Below are positions 13,221 through 23,098 of a stretch of DNA of 64,000 nucleotides, piece by piece (position 1 is the stretch's first letter; the number at the start of each line of letters is the position of its first letter). The translations under genes and the position numbers were made by a program. The notes beneath the pieces were generated by a model. It was not told the origin of the DNA. It did no database searches and saw nothing but the letters and a program-made list of their open reading frames with translations. The stretch comes from Spirochaetia bacterium. Lineage in GTDB: Bacteria; Spirochaetota; Spirochaetia; UBA9216. The stretch is taken from the NCBI GenBank assembly GCA_965140585.1, contig OZ223272.1, positions 352,001-416,000 on the forward strand, written 5' to 3'.

Positions 13221-14270
13221 CTAACCCGTCCAGCCTGCACCGGCTTTCTTCCGGACAGCAAGAATTACGCTTTGAAGCAGGATAAAAAAGCACAGCATAA
13301 GCCCTATAGTAATACTCTGCCAGTAGGGCTCTCTTAAACCCGAGGCAATAACTATATTGCTTATAGTCTTCAGTGAAAGAACCCCGAACAGTGTACCGAC
13401 AACACTCCCCACTCCGCCGGTAAGCAGAGTCCCGCCGATAATTGATGAGGCTATAGCCTGAATTTCAGCCTGAGTGGCATTTGCGGCATTACCGGCACCA
13501 GTGTGCAGCAGATAAATATAGCCGCCTATACCGGCAAGCAGACCGCTGAGCAGGTATGCGAAAAATCTTGTGCGCTTCACATTGATACCCAGCATAAGGG
13601 CGCTCTGGCTGTTTCCGCCTACAGCGTATAGATTGCGTCCGAATCTGGTCCACCTCAGAGCGGCCCATATCAGCACAACTATCAAAACGGCCACAATTAC
13701 TCCGGGCTCCACCCTTACAGGTATAAAGTTACCCGTTTTTCCATAGGAACCGATCCCCGGAACTATCAGCCTGAAATTCTTGAGGGCGAGAAACGCCTCA
13801 TTGGTCACGGTTCTGGGAACCTTGCTTACAATTGTGGTAAGGCCCTTGGTAAAAAACATCCCCCCGAGAGTAACAATAAACGGCTGAATTTCCAGATAGG
13901 AGATCAGAAACCCCTGAATTCCTCCGATTGCAAGCCCCATTCCAAGTGCGAGAACAATCGACCCTGCAATTCCGAAACCGAAATCTTCTATACAGACAAC
14001 GCTGGTCATTGTGACCAGGGCAATCATTCCTCCTACCGAAATATCTATGCCCGCGGCTATCATTACAACAGTAAGCCCGCAGGAGACAATTATAAGATAG
14101 GCATTATTATTGAACATATCAAAAAACTGCTGAGGATTAAGAAACCCGCCGCCCCAGATTATCATTGCAAGGACATACATCGCGACAAAAGCGCTTATTG
14201 TGATTGTAAGCAGCAACGCGGTGTTAGAGACAGGCTCTTTAAGTTTTTTACCGGATTTTTTATTCAGCAT
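13221..14270 (-). CDS. Sugar ABC permease, YjfF-like
   Basis: GIDISVG, QPFIVTL and T.FGR.LYAVGGN..SA.MLGI motifs. Confidence 0.9.
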   Translation of the reverse strand: MLNKKSGKKLKEPVSNTALLLTITISAFVAMYVLAMIIWGGGFLNPQQFFDMFNNNAYLIIVSCGLTVVMIAAGIDISVGGMIALVTMTSVVCIEDFGFGIAGSIVLALGMGLAIGGIQGFLISYLEIQPFIVTLGGMFFTKGLTTIVSKVPRTVTNEAFLALKNFRLIVPGIGSYGKTGNFIPVRVEPGVIVAVLIVVLIWAALRWTRFGRNLYAVGGNSQSALMLGINVKRTRFFAYLLSGLLAGIGGYIYLLHTGAGNAANATQAEIQAIASSIIGGTLLTGGVGSVVGTLFGVLSLKTISNIVIASGLREPYWQSITIGLMLCFFILLQSVILAVRKKAGAGWTG

Positions 14271-14271
14271 A

Positions 14272-15336
14272 TCAGTTACCCTCCGTCAGCTTCATTGATT
14301 TTGTGAACAGCCTTTCTCGCAGCTGCTTTGCATATTTCTGAACTACAGGCGAACCGATAATTACTATAGCAATGATAACTACAGCCTTGTAGGCTTTTAC
14401 GGCTGTGGAGGAAACCTTCATGGCATACAGTGTGATAGTGAGTGCCTGAATGATATAAGCGCCGATTACCGAACCGGCCAGCCTGAATTTACCCCCGCTT
14501 AAGGCATTACCGCCTATCGCAACAGCAAGTATGGCATCCATTTCAATATCCAGGAGGATGGTTTCATGGTTAATCAATCCTATTCGGCTCACATTAATGG
14601 CCCCGGCGAAGGCAACACAGACTCCGAGAATCATGAATGACAGGAGTTTTATCATCACAGGGTTAATACCGTTCAGGCGGGCAGCCTTTTCATTTATACC
14701 GACAGACTGAGTGTACAGCCCAAGATTTGTAAATTTCAGCGCAAGAGTCACAAGTATTCCGAATACCGCGACAATCAGGATTGGACTGGGGATAGGGATC
14801 CCCGGAATAAAACTGCCTATGTAGCCAAGCAGAGGACTTTCAACGTTCGGCGTCGCCCCTCCGTTTATCCAGTAGGCAATAGGCCGGCCGGCAGTAAACA
14901 GAATCAGGGATGCGATCATTGGCTGGATATTGAAAAAGGATACAAGTGAACCGGTAAAAAGGGCAAAAAGAATTGCTACAATGCAGGCCGCAAGAAGGGC
15001 CAGAAGAATAACCGGCATTGTAATTTCGTTTGCGCGCAGGACCTTCACAAAGACACTGCCTGCAATTGCGGCTGCGGCTCCGACACTGATATCCTGCCCC
15101 TTTGTTGCTGAGGTAACCATAGTCATTGCAATTGCCAGAATAGCCAGCTCGGAAGCACCGTTAAGGATACTGATAAGGTTTCCGGAAAGTACTGTATTTC
15201 CATAGTTATTTGTGATAACTCTTATCGAAAAGAAACTAACATCCCTGAATAAATTAAAAATGACAATCAGAAAGAGGGCAAACAGAGGAATAGCCAGCTG
15301 CGACCGGGTAAGTTTTTTAAACAGGCTCTTAATCAT
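14272..15336 (-). CDS. Sugar ABC permease, YtfT-like
   Basis: GQDISVG, SVGIN..AARL.GI and EMDAILAVAIGG. Confidence 0.9.
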   Translation of the reverse strand: MIKSLFKKLTRSQLAIPLFALFLIVIFNLFRDVSFFSIRVITNNYGNTVLSGNLISILNGASELAILAIAMTMVTSATKGQDISVGAAAAIAGSVFVKVLRANEITMPVILLALLAACIVAILFALFTGSLVSFFNIQPMIASLILFTAGRPIAYWINGGATPNVESPLLGYIGSFIPGIPIPSPILIVAVFGILVTLALKFTNLGLYTQSVGINEKAARLNGINPVMIKLLSFMILGVCVAFAGAINVSRIGLINHETILLDIEMDAILAVAIGGNALSGGKFRLAGSVIGAYIIQALTITLYAMKVSSTAVKAYKAVVIIAIVIIGSPVVQKYAKQLRERLFTKSMKLTEGN

Positions 15337-16849
15337 TCCGGTCAGCCTCCCCCGCAATTGTATGCATAATACTGGTCTGAGTCATATCCTCTCCGTATAG
15401 TTCACCTACTATGTTTCTGTCTCTCATAACAATCAACCTGGAGCAGGTGGCGAGCATTTCCTCAATTTCAGACGAAATAAAAGTGACGCTTACCCCCTCT
15501 TCCGCCAGCTGAAGAACGAGTTTCTGGATCTCGATCTTGGTTCCTACATCAATTCCACGGGTTGGTTCATCAAGGATGAGATACTGCGGATTTGTCAGAA
15601 GCCAGCGTGCAAGAATAGCCTTCTGCTGATTCCCCCCTGACAGAGATTTAATAGGAGTATCTGTTGAGGCGGTTTTTATTCCCAGCATTTTGATATATTT
15701 ATCCGCGAAGTTTTCGGCCTCGGCTCTCGAAAAGGGCCGGAAAAAACCTTTTAAAACCTGCAGGGCAAGTATGATATTCTCACGGACTGACAGGTCTTCA
15801 ATGATACCGTCAAGTTTACGGTCTTCCGGCAGATAGCCGATTCCGTGTTTCATTGAATCCTTTGGTTTTGAAATCCTTGCATCCTTCCCGTTGATTTTTA
15901 TCCTGCCGCCGGTAATGCGATCTGCACCGAATATGGCCCGTACGCTTTCGCTTCGGCCGGATCCGAGCAATCCGGTAAAACCGTTCACCTCACCTTTGCG
16001 AATTTTAAAGTCAAAAGGCTTTGTACCTTCTGCACTGGACAGCCCTTCAGCCTCGTACACGACCGGTATATCTTCTGAAGCGACCGCTTTCCTGCGTTCC
16101 TGCAGCTCTGATATATCATCAAGATCCTTACCCATCATCGCAGATATAAGTTCAATACGCGGCAGGTCCTTTATATTGTAGGCGCCGACCAGCTCGCCGT
16201 TTCTAAGCACCGTTATTCTGTCACAGACTTCATACACCTGCTCAAGAAAATGCGTAATAAAAATTATTCCGACACCGCGCTTCTTAAGATCCCGCATCAG
16301 CGAAAACAGAAGTTCAACTTCCTGCTCATCAAGCGAGGATGTAGGCTCATCAAGGATAAGAATTTTACAGTCCATATCAACAGCGCGGGCAACCGCCACC
16401 ATCTGCTGCACAGCAAGTGAGCAGGCCCCGAGCTGCCTGGATCCATTAGCGGGAATATTAAGCCGCTTGAGAATTGCATCGGCCTTTTTCTCCATTAAAC
16501 GCCAGTTCACAAAACGATAATTACCCCGTCCGATAAACATGTTTTCAGCTACAGTAAGATTCGGACACAGGGTTATCTCCTGATAAACAGTACTGATGCC
16601 CAGATTCTGGGCATCCTGCGGAGATTTAATCGTCAGATCCCGTTCAATTCCGGCCATCCTTATCTGCCCGGAATCTTTCTGGTAAACACCGGTAAGAACC
16701 TTTACCAGCGTTGATTTACCGGCACCGTTCTCTCCCATTAAAGCATGAATTTCTCCCCGGCACAGGGTAAAATCCACATTATGCAAAGCCCTTACACCCG
16801 GAAAGCGCTTTCCGATTCCGCGCATGGACAATACGATGTCATTATTCAT
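15329..16849 (-). CDS. Sugar ABC ATPase with two NBDs, YtfR-like
   Basis: [13 protein letters not shown] twice, LSGGNQQK. Start at MNNDIV. Confidence 0.92.
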   Translation of the reverse strand: MNNDIVLSMRGIGKRFPGVRALHNVDFTLCRGEIHALMGENGAGKSTLVKVLTGVYQKDSGQIRMAGIERDLTIKSPQDAQNLGISTVYQEITLCPNLTVAENMFIGRGNYRFVNWRLMEKKADAILKRLNIPANGSRQLGACSLAVQQMVAVARAVDMDCKILILDEPTSSLDEQEVELLFSLMRDLKKRGVGIIFITHFLEQVYEVCDRITVLRNGELVGAYNIKDLPRIELISAMMGKDLDDISELQERRKAVASEDIPVVYEAEGLSSAEGTKPFDFKIRKGEVNGFTGLLGSGRSESVRAIFGADRITGGRIKINGKDARISKPKDSMKHGIGYLPEDRKLDGIIEDLSVRENIILALQVLKGFFRPFSRAEAENFADKYIKMLGIKTASTDTPIKSLSGGNQQKAILARWLLTNPQYLILDEPTRGIDVGTKIEIQKLVLQLAEEGVSVTFISSEIEEMLATCSRLIVMRDRNIVGELYGEDMTQTSIMHTIAGEADRND

Positions 16850-16876
16850 TAGTCTCAACCCGCCTTTAAAAATAAC

Positions 16877-16915
16877 GGCGCGGAGCATGCCTGAAATTCA
16901 TGCATACTTCGCGCC
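16877..16915 (-). other. Intercistronic stem-loop after the binding-protein gene
   Basis: GGCGCGGAG...CTTCGCGCC inverted repeat, at the typical position for an mRNA-stabilising hairpin. Confidence 0.45.
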
Positions 16916-16950
16916 CCAATCAGCATCCGTCCTTAGAATGCCTTCAGCAA

Positions 16951-17919
16951 TCAGTCACCCAGACCGTATGTATCTATATCTTTCTGAGTAATTGTCTTTG
17001 CATCAAATCCCTTTTCTTCTGAGATAACTTTCTTTGAAGGAAGTGTTCCGCCGCCTTCAATTTTTTTAATCATTCCATCAATTACCGAGGCCTGAAACGG
17101 ACTGCACTGTCCATCATAATTCCAGTTGCCTGCAAGCAGTTCGCGAAGGGCCCACTTGTTGCAGTCAAAACCCATAACAACAACATCCTTGTCAACACCG
17201 TGAGTGATACCGGCATCATCAAGAGCAGCTACTGCACCTTTTGCCATGCCGTCATTTTCAGCATATATAACATTGAATGCTTCGCCTGAGTTTATTACTG
17301 ATTCAACGATTTTCTTTGCCTCAGCTTCATCCCAGGTTGCAGTCTGCTGGGCAACCTTGTTCATCTTTCCGGCTTTAAATTCTGCCTCAAGAGCATTTGT
17401 ACGGCCGATCTGGGCATCACTTCCCATTGCGCCCTGAATGTGAATAACGTTGTATTCAGAGAGTTTCTGAGTCTTGAGCCACTTAACAGCAGTATCACCC
17501 TGGTTTGCCATGTCTGAAACTACAGCAGCCTCATAAAGGTCGGGACTGGCGTTGAGCATCCGGTCAAACAGAAACACTCTGATACCTGCTTCTTTTGCAT
17601 TTGCAAGGACTGAATCCCAGCCGTCAGTTGCAGCTGCAGAAAGAAGAATATAGTCAACCTTGTCGTTTATGAACTGACTTGCGGCATTCAGCTGCTCATC
17701 ATTTTTAAGGCTGTAAAAGCTTGAAACTTCGTACCCGTTTGCCTCGGTGAATACCTTTTCAAAATCTGCTACATTTGCAGCACGGTATCCTGATTCGGAC
17801 GGCGGGTTGTTTATGATTCCGACTTTAATAAGACCTGAATCCTGCTGGCCTCCTGCAAAAAGCGCAAACGGGCTTAATACAAGAAGTATGCCCAAAACAC
17901 ATAAAATTTTTCTGTTCAT
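16951..17919 (-). CDS. Sugar ABC substrate-binding protein, YtfQ-like
   Basis: Signal peptide ending LFAGGQQ. Motifs ESGYRAAN, GWDSVL..AKEAGI and ENDGMAKGA. Confidence 0.88.
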   Translation of the reverse strand: MNRKILCVLGILLVLSPFALFAGGQQDSGLIKVGIINNPPSESGYRAANVADFEKVFTEANGYEVSSFYSLKNDEQLNAASQFINDKVDYILLSAAATDGWDSVLANAKEAGIRVFLFDRMLNASPDLYEAAVVSDMANQGDTAVKWLKTQKLSEYNVIHIQGAMGSDAQIGRTNALEAEFKAGKMNKVAQQTATWDEAEAKKIVESVINSGEAFNVIYAENDGMAKGAVAALDDAGITHGVDKDVVVMGFDCNKWALRELLAGNWNYDGQCSPFQASVIDGMIKKIEGGGTLPSKKVISEEKGFDAKTITQKDIDTYGLGD

Positions 17920-18044
17920 AGAACCTCCTGAGTTTTATATGATTTTAGGACTGCATCGACCGGAAGTACATGAACTATCTTATCGACTTTGTTTGGACAT
18001 TTTACGGCAGGTCCCCCGCGTCAGGCTATTCCGTCGAAAAAGTT

Positions 18045-18075
18045 GATTTTTTTATGCTGAACCTGGATTTTTTTA
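18045..18075 (-). promoter_or_regulatory. Candidate YesN/AraC-type activator site
   Basis: GATTTTTTTA direct repeat at 18045 and 18066 (21-bp period), upstream of the transporter operon. Confidence 0.45.
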
Positions 18076-18124
18076 CGGTTTTTATAACTGCGCAAAAAAT
18101 CCTGAATATATCTCATGAGTCCAT

Positions 18125-18157
18125 AAAAAAAGCCCCGGACCTATTCAGCCCGGGGCT
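18125..18157 (-). terminator. Intrinsic terminator of lacI-araA
   Basis: AGCCCCGGGC...GTCCGGGGCT stem followed by a T-run on the minus strand. Confidence 0.85.
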
Positions 18158-18175
18158 CTGATTATTCTATGTTGA

Positions 18176-19693
18176 TTACACTCCGCCTGAAAAAGCTCTC
18201 ATCGTGTAATACAGGTCATTCCATTTCAGTTCATTCCTGAAGCTGCCTATTTCTGTTCCCTTCTTTATTACAGCTATTTCAATTCCAAGCATTTCAGAAT
18301 AATCGGTCAGCATTTCTGTTGTTACATCTTTGCTGAAGGCAGTATGATGGGCACCTCCGCCGAGAATCCAGGCTTCTGCGGCTGTTGAAAGGTCAGGAAG
18401 AGGTTTCCACATAGCTCTTGCAACCGGCAGTTTCGGAAAACTGCTTTCAGGTTTAACAGCCTCAACCTCGTTTACCAGAAGCCTGAAGCGGTTTCCCATA
18501 TCCATCAGCGACGCATTAAGTGCGGCGCCTGCAGGGACATCAAAAACCATTCTTACAGGATCATCCTTTCCCCCGATATCAAGCGGATGACATTCAATTC
18601 TTACATCGCTTTTTCCTGCGATAGTCGGGCAGACTTCAAGCATGTGGGCGCCGAGCACCATCTGGTTTGCGGGATCCATATGATAGGTGTAATCTTCCAT
18701 AAAGGAAGTACCGCCGGTAAGTCCATTTCCCATAACCTTCATGCTGTGAACCAGAGCAGAGGTTTTCCAGTCGCCCTCGGCTCCAAATCCGTAGCCCTTC
18801 TCCATCGCCCGCTGGCAGGCAAGCCCCGGAAGCTGGCTTACTCCGGTCAGATCCTCGAAGGTGGTGGTGAAAGCGGAAAACCCGCCCTTCACAAGAAAGT
18901 TATCCAGGCCGGCATCAAGCTTTGCAGCATCACGAAGCATACCTGCCTGAGAACCGCCGGGCAGAAGTTCTTTTGCAATTTTATAGCTTCCGCTGTATTC
19001 GGAAACCAGCTCATCAATCCTGCTTTCAGGGACGGCATCAACCTCAGCGGCAAGTTCGGCTATTCCGTATCCGTAGACATCGTATCCAAGAGATATCTGG
19101 GCAGCAACCTTGTCGCCCTCGGTAACCGCAACATCGCGCATATTGTCCCCGAACCTGGCTACCTTCATGCTCTTTTGATCGCTTACCGCGGCAGCGGCTC
19201 TAATCCAGGCATCAACACGCTTTAAAACCTTTTCATCCTTCCAGTAACCTGCAACAACCTTTCTTGCTATTTTCATTCTGGTATTGATGAAACCGTGCTC
19301 CCTTCCGCCGTGAGCAGACTGGTTTAGATTCATAAAATCCATATCGATCTCATTCCAGGGGATGTCTCGGTTGTACTGGGTATGCAGATGCAGCATGGGC
19401 TTTGTCATTACATTAAGACCATTAATCCACATCTTTGATGGCGAGAATGTGTGCATCCACAGAACAACACCCGCACACTGCGCATCTGCACTGGCTTCAA
19501 CACAAAACTTTGTAATCTCTGCCGGTGTGGTCAGTATTCCCCTGAACTCCACAGGCGCGGAAAGAAGCGGACTGTCATTCAGGCTGCCTGCAATCTCCTT
19601 TGTATGCCTCTCAACTTCCCGGAGAGTCTCTTCTCCGTAGAGGTGCTGACTTCCAGACACCATCCATATTTTGATATTTTCATACGCTTTCAT
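18176..19693 (-). CDS. araA: L-arabinose isomerase
   Basis: GSQHLYG, WMHTFSP, MNLNQSAHG, GFGAEGDWK, SFMEDY, HMLE and GGAHH. Confidence 0.97.
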   Translation of the reverse strand: MKAYENIKIWMVSGSQHLYGEETLREVERHTKEIAGSLNDSPLLSAPVEFRGILTTPAEITKFCVEASADAQCAGVVLWMHTFSPSKMWINGLNVMTKPMLHLHTQYNRDIPWNEIDMDFMNLNQSAHGGREHGFINTRMKIARKVVAGYWKDEKVLKRVDAWIRAAAAVSDQKSMKVARFGDNMRDVAVTEGDKVAAQISLGYDVYGYGIAELAAEVDAVPESRIDELVSEYSGSYKIAKELLPGGSQAGMLRDAAKLDAGLDNFLVKGGFSAFTTTFEDLTGVSQLPGLACQRAMEKGYGFGAEGDWKTSALVHSMKVMGNGLTGGTSFMEDYTYHMDPANQMVLGAHMLEVCPTIAGKSDVRIECHPLDIGGKDDPVRMVFDVPAGAALNASLMDMGNRFRLLVNEVEAVKPESSFPKLPVARAMWKPLPDLSTAAEAWILGGGAHHTAFSKDVTTEMLTDYSEMLGIEIAVIKKGTEIGSFRNELKWNDLYYTMRAFSGGV

Positions 19694-19721
19694 ATCATCC
19701 CTCCATATTCCATATGAAACC

Positions 19722-20756
19722 TTAAAAGGTATTAAGATTCTCTTTTGTTATTATATTCATTGGAAGATACACCTCTCCCGGAGCAGAACCGCCCAGAACC
19801 ACTGCATCATAAAGGAGCTTCATGCCCCTGTAAGCCTGCTCTTCCGGCTGCTGGGTTATGATGAAATTGATAACTTCCTCGTCAATCAGATTCCGCCTTT
19901 CAGAAATCAGATCATATCCGATAAGCGGAATTGAGCTGAATTGCTCACCGCGGGATTTGAGCCAGGAGCCGAAATAGTATACCGATGAATCAGGAACAAA
20001 AATTCCGGCGGGAAGATTTTTCTCTGTTTTAAAAAAACGATCCAGATGCCGATGATAATCTGCTTCATCATCGGAGCCCGTATTAATGGTTTTAATTCTG
20101 CAGGACAATCCCTTTGTTTCAAGGAACGTCCTGAACCCCTCAACCCTGCCGCGGATATGTTCGTTGTGACCCGGCGGCTCCGCGATCAGCAGATATCCCT
20201 CTAAATCGACTGCAATCATATGCATAAGCTTTGCCGAAAGAGCTCCGCTGCTTCGGGAGTCCTGTCCTATATAAGTGAGCCGTCTGCCGAAATCCCGGTT
20301 GTCAGTATCTATCAGGACACAGGCGGGTTTTATATCATCAGCGGAAATGCTGCAGTTATCATGAAAGACCGGCGCAATCAGAAATCCGTTTGACTGCAGG
20401 TGCTTAATCCGGTCAATAACCTCATTGCAGGAGGCTTCAGAATACCTGTCAAACCTGATAATCTCGATTTCACGGCAGAGGGACCCCAGCTCCTGTACAG
20501 CCTTTGCAATCCCGCTGTATACTGTTTTCCAGTACCCTGCATCCTGATGATCCTGCGGCAAAATAACAGTCAGCGAGATATTCCCTGCCTTTTTCAGCCC
20601 CCGCGCATGCATATTCGGAGAGTATTCAAGTTCCTGCATCACAAGCCGGACCTTCTCTGCAGTGGAGTCTGAAAAGCGCCCCCTGTTGTGAATAATCCGG
20701 TCAACTGTGCCTATAGAGACTCCTGCAGCATCTGCAACATCTTTTATCGTAGCCAT
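19722..20756 (-). CDS. LacI-family transcriptional regulator (probable arabinose repressor)
   Basis: MATIKDVADAAGVSIGTVDR HTH, hinge Y.PN..AR.L, and a sugar-binding domain. Confidence 0.92.
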   Translation of the reverse strand: MATIKDVADAAGVSIGTVDRIIHNRGRFSDSTAEKVRLVMQELEYSPNMHARGLKKAGNISLTVILPQDHQDAGYWKTVYSGIAKAVQELGSLCREIEIIRFDRYSEASCNEVIDRIKHLQSNGFLIAPVFHDNCSISADDIKPACVLIDTDNRDFGRRLTYIGQDSRSSGALSAKLMHMIAVDLEGYLLIAEPPGHNEHIRGRVEGFRTFLETKGLSCRIKTINTGSDDEADYHRHLDRFFKTEKNLPAGIFVPDSSVYYFGSWLKSRGEQFSSIPLIGYDLISERRNLIDEEVINFIITQQPEEQAYRGMKLLYDAVVLGGSAPGEVYLPMNIITKENLNTF

Positions 20757-20766
20757 GAAAACATCC

Positions 20767-20865
20767 TGCGTTATCGTTAACGCAATTTTAAGACATAAAA
20801 ACATGGATGTCAAATTAAATTTGACTTATGATTAAGAAGATATTAGAATGCGTTCTCGTTAACGC
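20767..20865. promoter_or_regulatory. Divergent promoter pair, each followed by a LacI-type operator
   Basis: Minus strand: TTGACA(20813-20808)-17-TAAAAT, then operator TGCGTTATCGTTAACGCA (20767-20784). Plus strand: TTGACT(20821)-17-TAGAAT, then TGCGTTCTCGTTAACGC (20849-20865). Confidence 0.8.
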
Positions 20866-20881
20866 TATTAGGGAGGAAATA

Positions 20882-22480
20882 ATGAATAATTCCGAAATTT
20901 CAAAGCTGATCAGTGAAGGCAGAGCCTTCCTTGGCATAGAACTAGGTTCAACCCGAATCAAGGCCGTACTCATTTCAGAAGACGGAACACCTCTTGCAGC
21001 CGGAACTCACGGCTGGGAAAACACACTTACAGACGGAATATGGTCCTACCCTCTGGAGGAGGTAATCAGCGGCCTTCAGTCATGTTACGCAGACTTAAAG
21101 CGGGATGTAAAAGAACAATACGGAACCATACTTAAATCTGCGGCGGCAATGGGCATAAGCGCCATGATGCACGGATACATTGCACTTGACAAAAACAACA
21201 GGCTTCTGGTTCCTTTCAGAACGTGGAGAAATAATATTACACAGCAGGCTTCAGAAGAGTTGACCGAACTTTTTCAGTACCCTATTCCCCAGAGATGGAG
21301 CATCGCCCATCTTTATCAGGCCATACTGAAGGGGGAGTCTCATCTTCCCGAACTTAATTCAATAAACACACTTGCCGGCTGGGTGCATGAACAGCTGACA
21401 GGAAAAAGAGTTCTCGGCGTCGGCGACGCTTCAGGAATGTTTCCAATTGATACTGCAGAATGCAATTTCAATGCTTCAATGATTGCTGCCTTTGACTCAA
21501 AGGTTTCTGACAGGGGGTTCAGCTGGAAACTCGGCGGAATTCTTCCCGAGGTTCTTCCCGCAGGTACTAATGCAGGAATGCTGACAGCCGATGGAGCTGC
21601 AATACTTGATCCTTCTGGAGCTCTTCAAGCAGGAATCCCCCTTTGCCCGCCCGAGGGAGACGCAGGAACCGGAATGGTTGCAACAAACAGTGTTAAAGCC
21701 AGAACAGGAAACGTATCGGCAGGAACCTCTGTATTTGCAATGATTGTTCTTGAGAAGGACCTTGCCAAACTTCACCATGAACTTGATCTGATCACAACTC
21801 CGTCCGGAGACCTTGTGGCAATGGCTCATTCCAACAACTGCAGTACTGAATACAGCGCCTGGATAGACTTCCTTGGTGAAGCAGCCGGCATACTGGGCGC
21901 CGAGATTGACGGCGGAAAGCTGTATGACACCATGATGAAGCTTGCGCTTACCGGCGATCGTGACTGCGGTGGGCTTCTGGCTTACGGCTATCACTCAGGT
22001 GAACATGTAACCGGCTTCTCTGAGGGCCGGCCGCTTTTCGTCCGGAACCCGGAAAGCAAATTTACCGTAGCTAACTTTGTCCGAGCCCAGCTTTTTACAT
22101 CACTCTGTGCACTCAGGACAGGGCTTAATATACTGTTCAACGAAGAGAACGTGACTGTTAGTGAAATTAAGGGGCACGGAGGATTCTTCAAAACTGAGGG
22201 AGTCGGAGAACGGATAATGGCCGCAGCATGCGGAACTCCAGTTTCTGTGCTTAAAACTGCCGGGGAAGGCGGTGCCTGGGGCATAGCGCTTCTAGCGGCC
22301 TACCTCAAGCAGAAGGAAAACAGTACCGGTCTTTCAGATTTTCTTGAGAAGGTTTTCGCAGACGACAGCAGTACGGCGGTCAGCCCCGATCCGGAAGATG
22401 TAGAGGGCTTTAATGAATTTTTTAAACGCTATACGGCCGGCCTGCCTATAGAACAGGCTGCAGTTGATAATCTGAAATAA
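20882..22480 (+). CDS. araB: FGGY-family kinase, probable L-ribulokinase
   Basis: GIELGSTRIK, SAMMHG, PQRWS, EGDAGTGM, SAGTS and GHGG. The araA/araD context supplies the substrate call. GGGAGG RBS. Confidence 0.85.
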   Translation: MNNSEISKLISEGRAFLGIELGSTRIKAVLISEDGTPLAAGTHGWENTLTDGIWSYPLEEVISGLQSCYADLKRDVKEQYGTILKSAAAMGISAMMHGYIALDKNNRLLVPFRTWRNNITQQASEELTELFQYPIPQRWSIAHLYQAILKGESHLPELNSINTLAGWVHEQLTGKRVLGVGDASGMFPIDTAECNFNASMIAAFDSKVSDRGFSWKLGGILPEVLPAGTNAGMLTADGAAILDPSGALQAGIPLCPPEGDAGTGMVATNSVKARTGNVSAGTSVFAMIVLEKDLAKLHHELDLITTPSGDLVAMAHSNNCSTEYSAWIDFLGEAAGILGAEIDGGKLYDTMMKLALTGDRDCGGLLAYGYHSGEHVTGFSEGRPLFVRNPESKFTVANFVRAQLFTSLCALRTGLNILFNEENVTVSEIKGHGGFFKTEGVGERIMAAACGTPVSVLKTAGEGGAWGIALLAAYLKQKENSTGLSDFLEKVFADDSSTAVSPDPEDVEGFNEFFKRYTAGLPIEQAAVDNLK

Positions 22481-22523
22481 GCTCTGCCGCTGCAGGAACA
22501 GCCCCCTGCCGCCTTACAGCCTG

Positions 22524-23096
22524 TCAGTTTTTAACAAAGACTGACAGGTAGTAGGTATCCGAAATCTCTTCAAATGAAGTTTTGCTGAAACCTCCCGAAT
22601 TAAAATAGGAAGCAAGAGCGTCAGAGCTTACCCGGTGTTCCAGGGGAGGCCCCTCCGCAGTTTCTTTTTTCTGAAACTCCACAACAGCCGCCCGCCCGCC
22701 GGGCTTTAAAAGCCTTGCTATTTCCTGAATCCAGCTCTCAGGGTTTTCAAACTCATGGAACACAAAGGATATAAAAACAAGATCAGCACAGTGGCTTTCA
22801 ACCGGAACATTATCCTCTGAAGACATCACTATTTTCAGATTTCCCTTGTATCCGTCCGCTCTTTTGGCAAGCTCATCAAGCATATCCTGTGCTATATCAG
22901 CAGCAATCACTCTTCCCGAATCACCGGTAAGCGCTGCAGCCGGTATTGAGAAATAGCCTATACCTGCACCTACATCAATCATGGTATCACCGGACTTCAA
23001 TCCGACCTTTTCAAGAATAAGTTCCGGCGGAAGTTTTTTACGCCTGTCTGCGTTATCGAGTTTATGAAATGCTTTGGAATTAATTTTATACGCCAT
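22524..23096 (-). CDS. Class I SAM-dependent methyltransferase
   Basis: DVGAGIG motif I, VFHE, LKPGG and GPP..HR. Confidence 0.88.
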   Translation of the reverse strand: MAYKINSKAFHKLDNADRRKKLPPELILEKVGLKSGDTMIDVGAGIGYFSIPAAALTGDSGRVIAADIAQDMLDELAKRADGYKGNLKIVMSSEDNVPVESHCADLVFISFVFHEFENPESWIQEIARLLKPGGRAAVVEFQKKETAEGPPLEHRVSSDALASYFNSGGFSKTSFEEISDTYYLSVFVKN

Positions 23097-23098
23097 AT

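Noticed and set aside
18587-19225. 212-aa antisense ORF in araA
   Set aside because: Codon-register shadow of a conserved gene, with no motifs.
21497-22284. Two abutting antisense ORFs in araB
   Set aside because: Shadow ORFs without RBS or domain signal.
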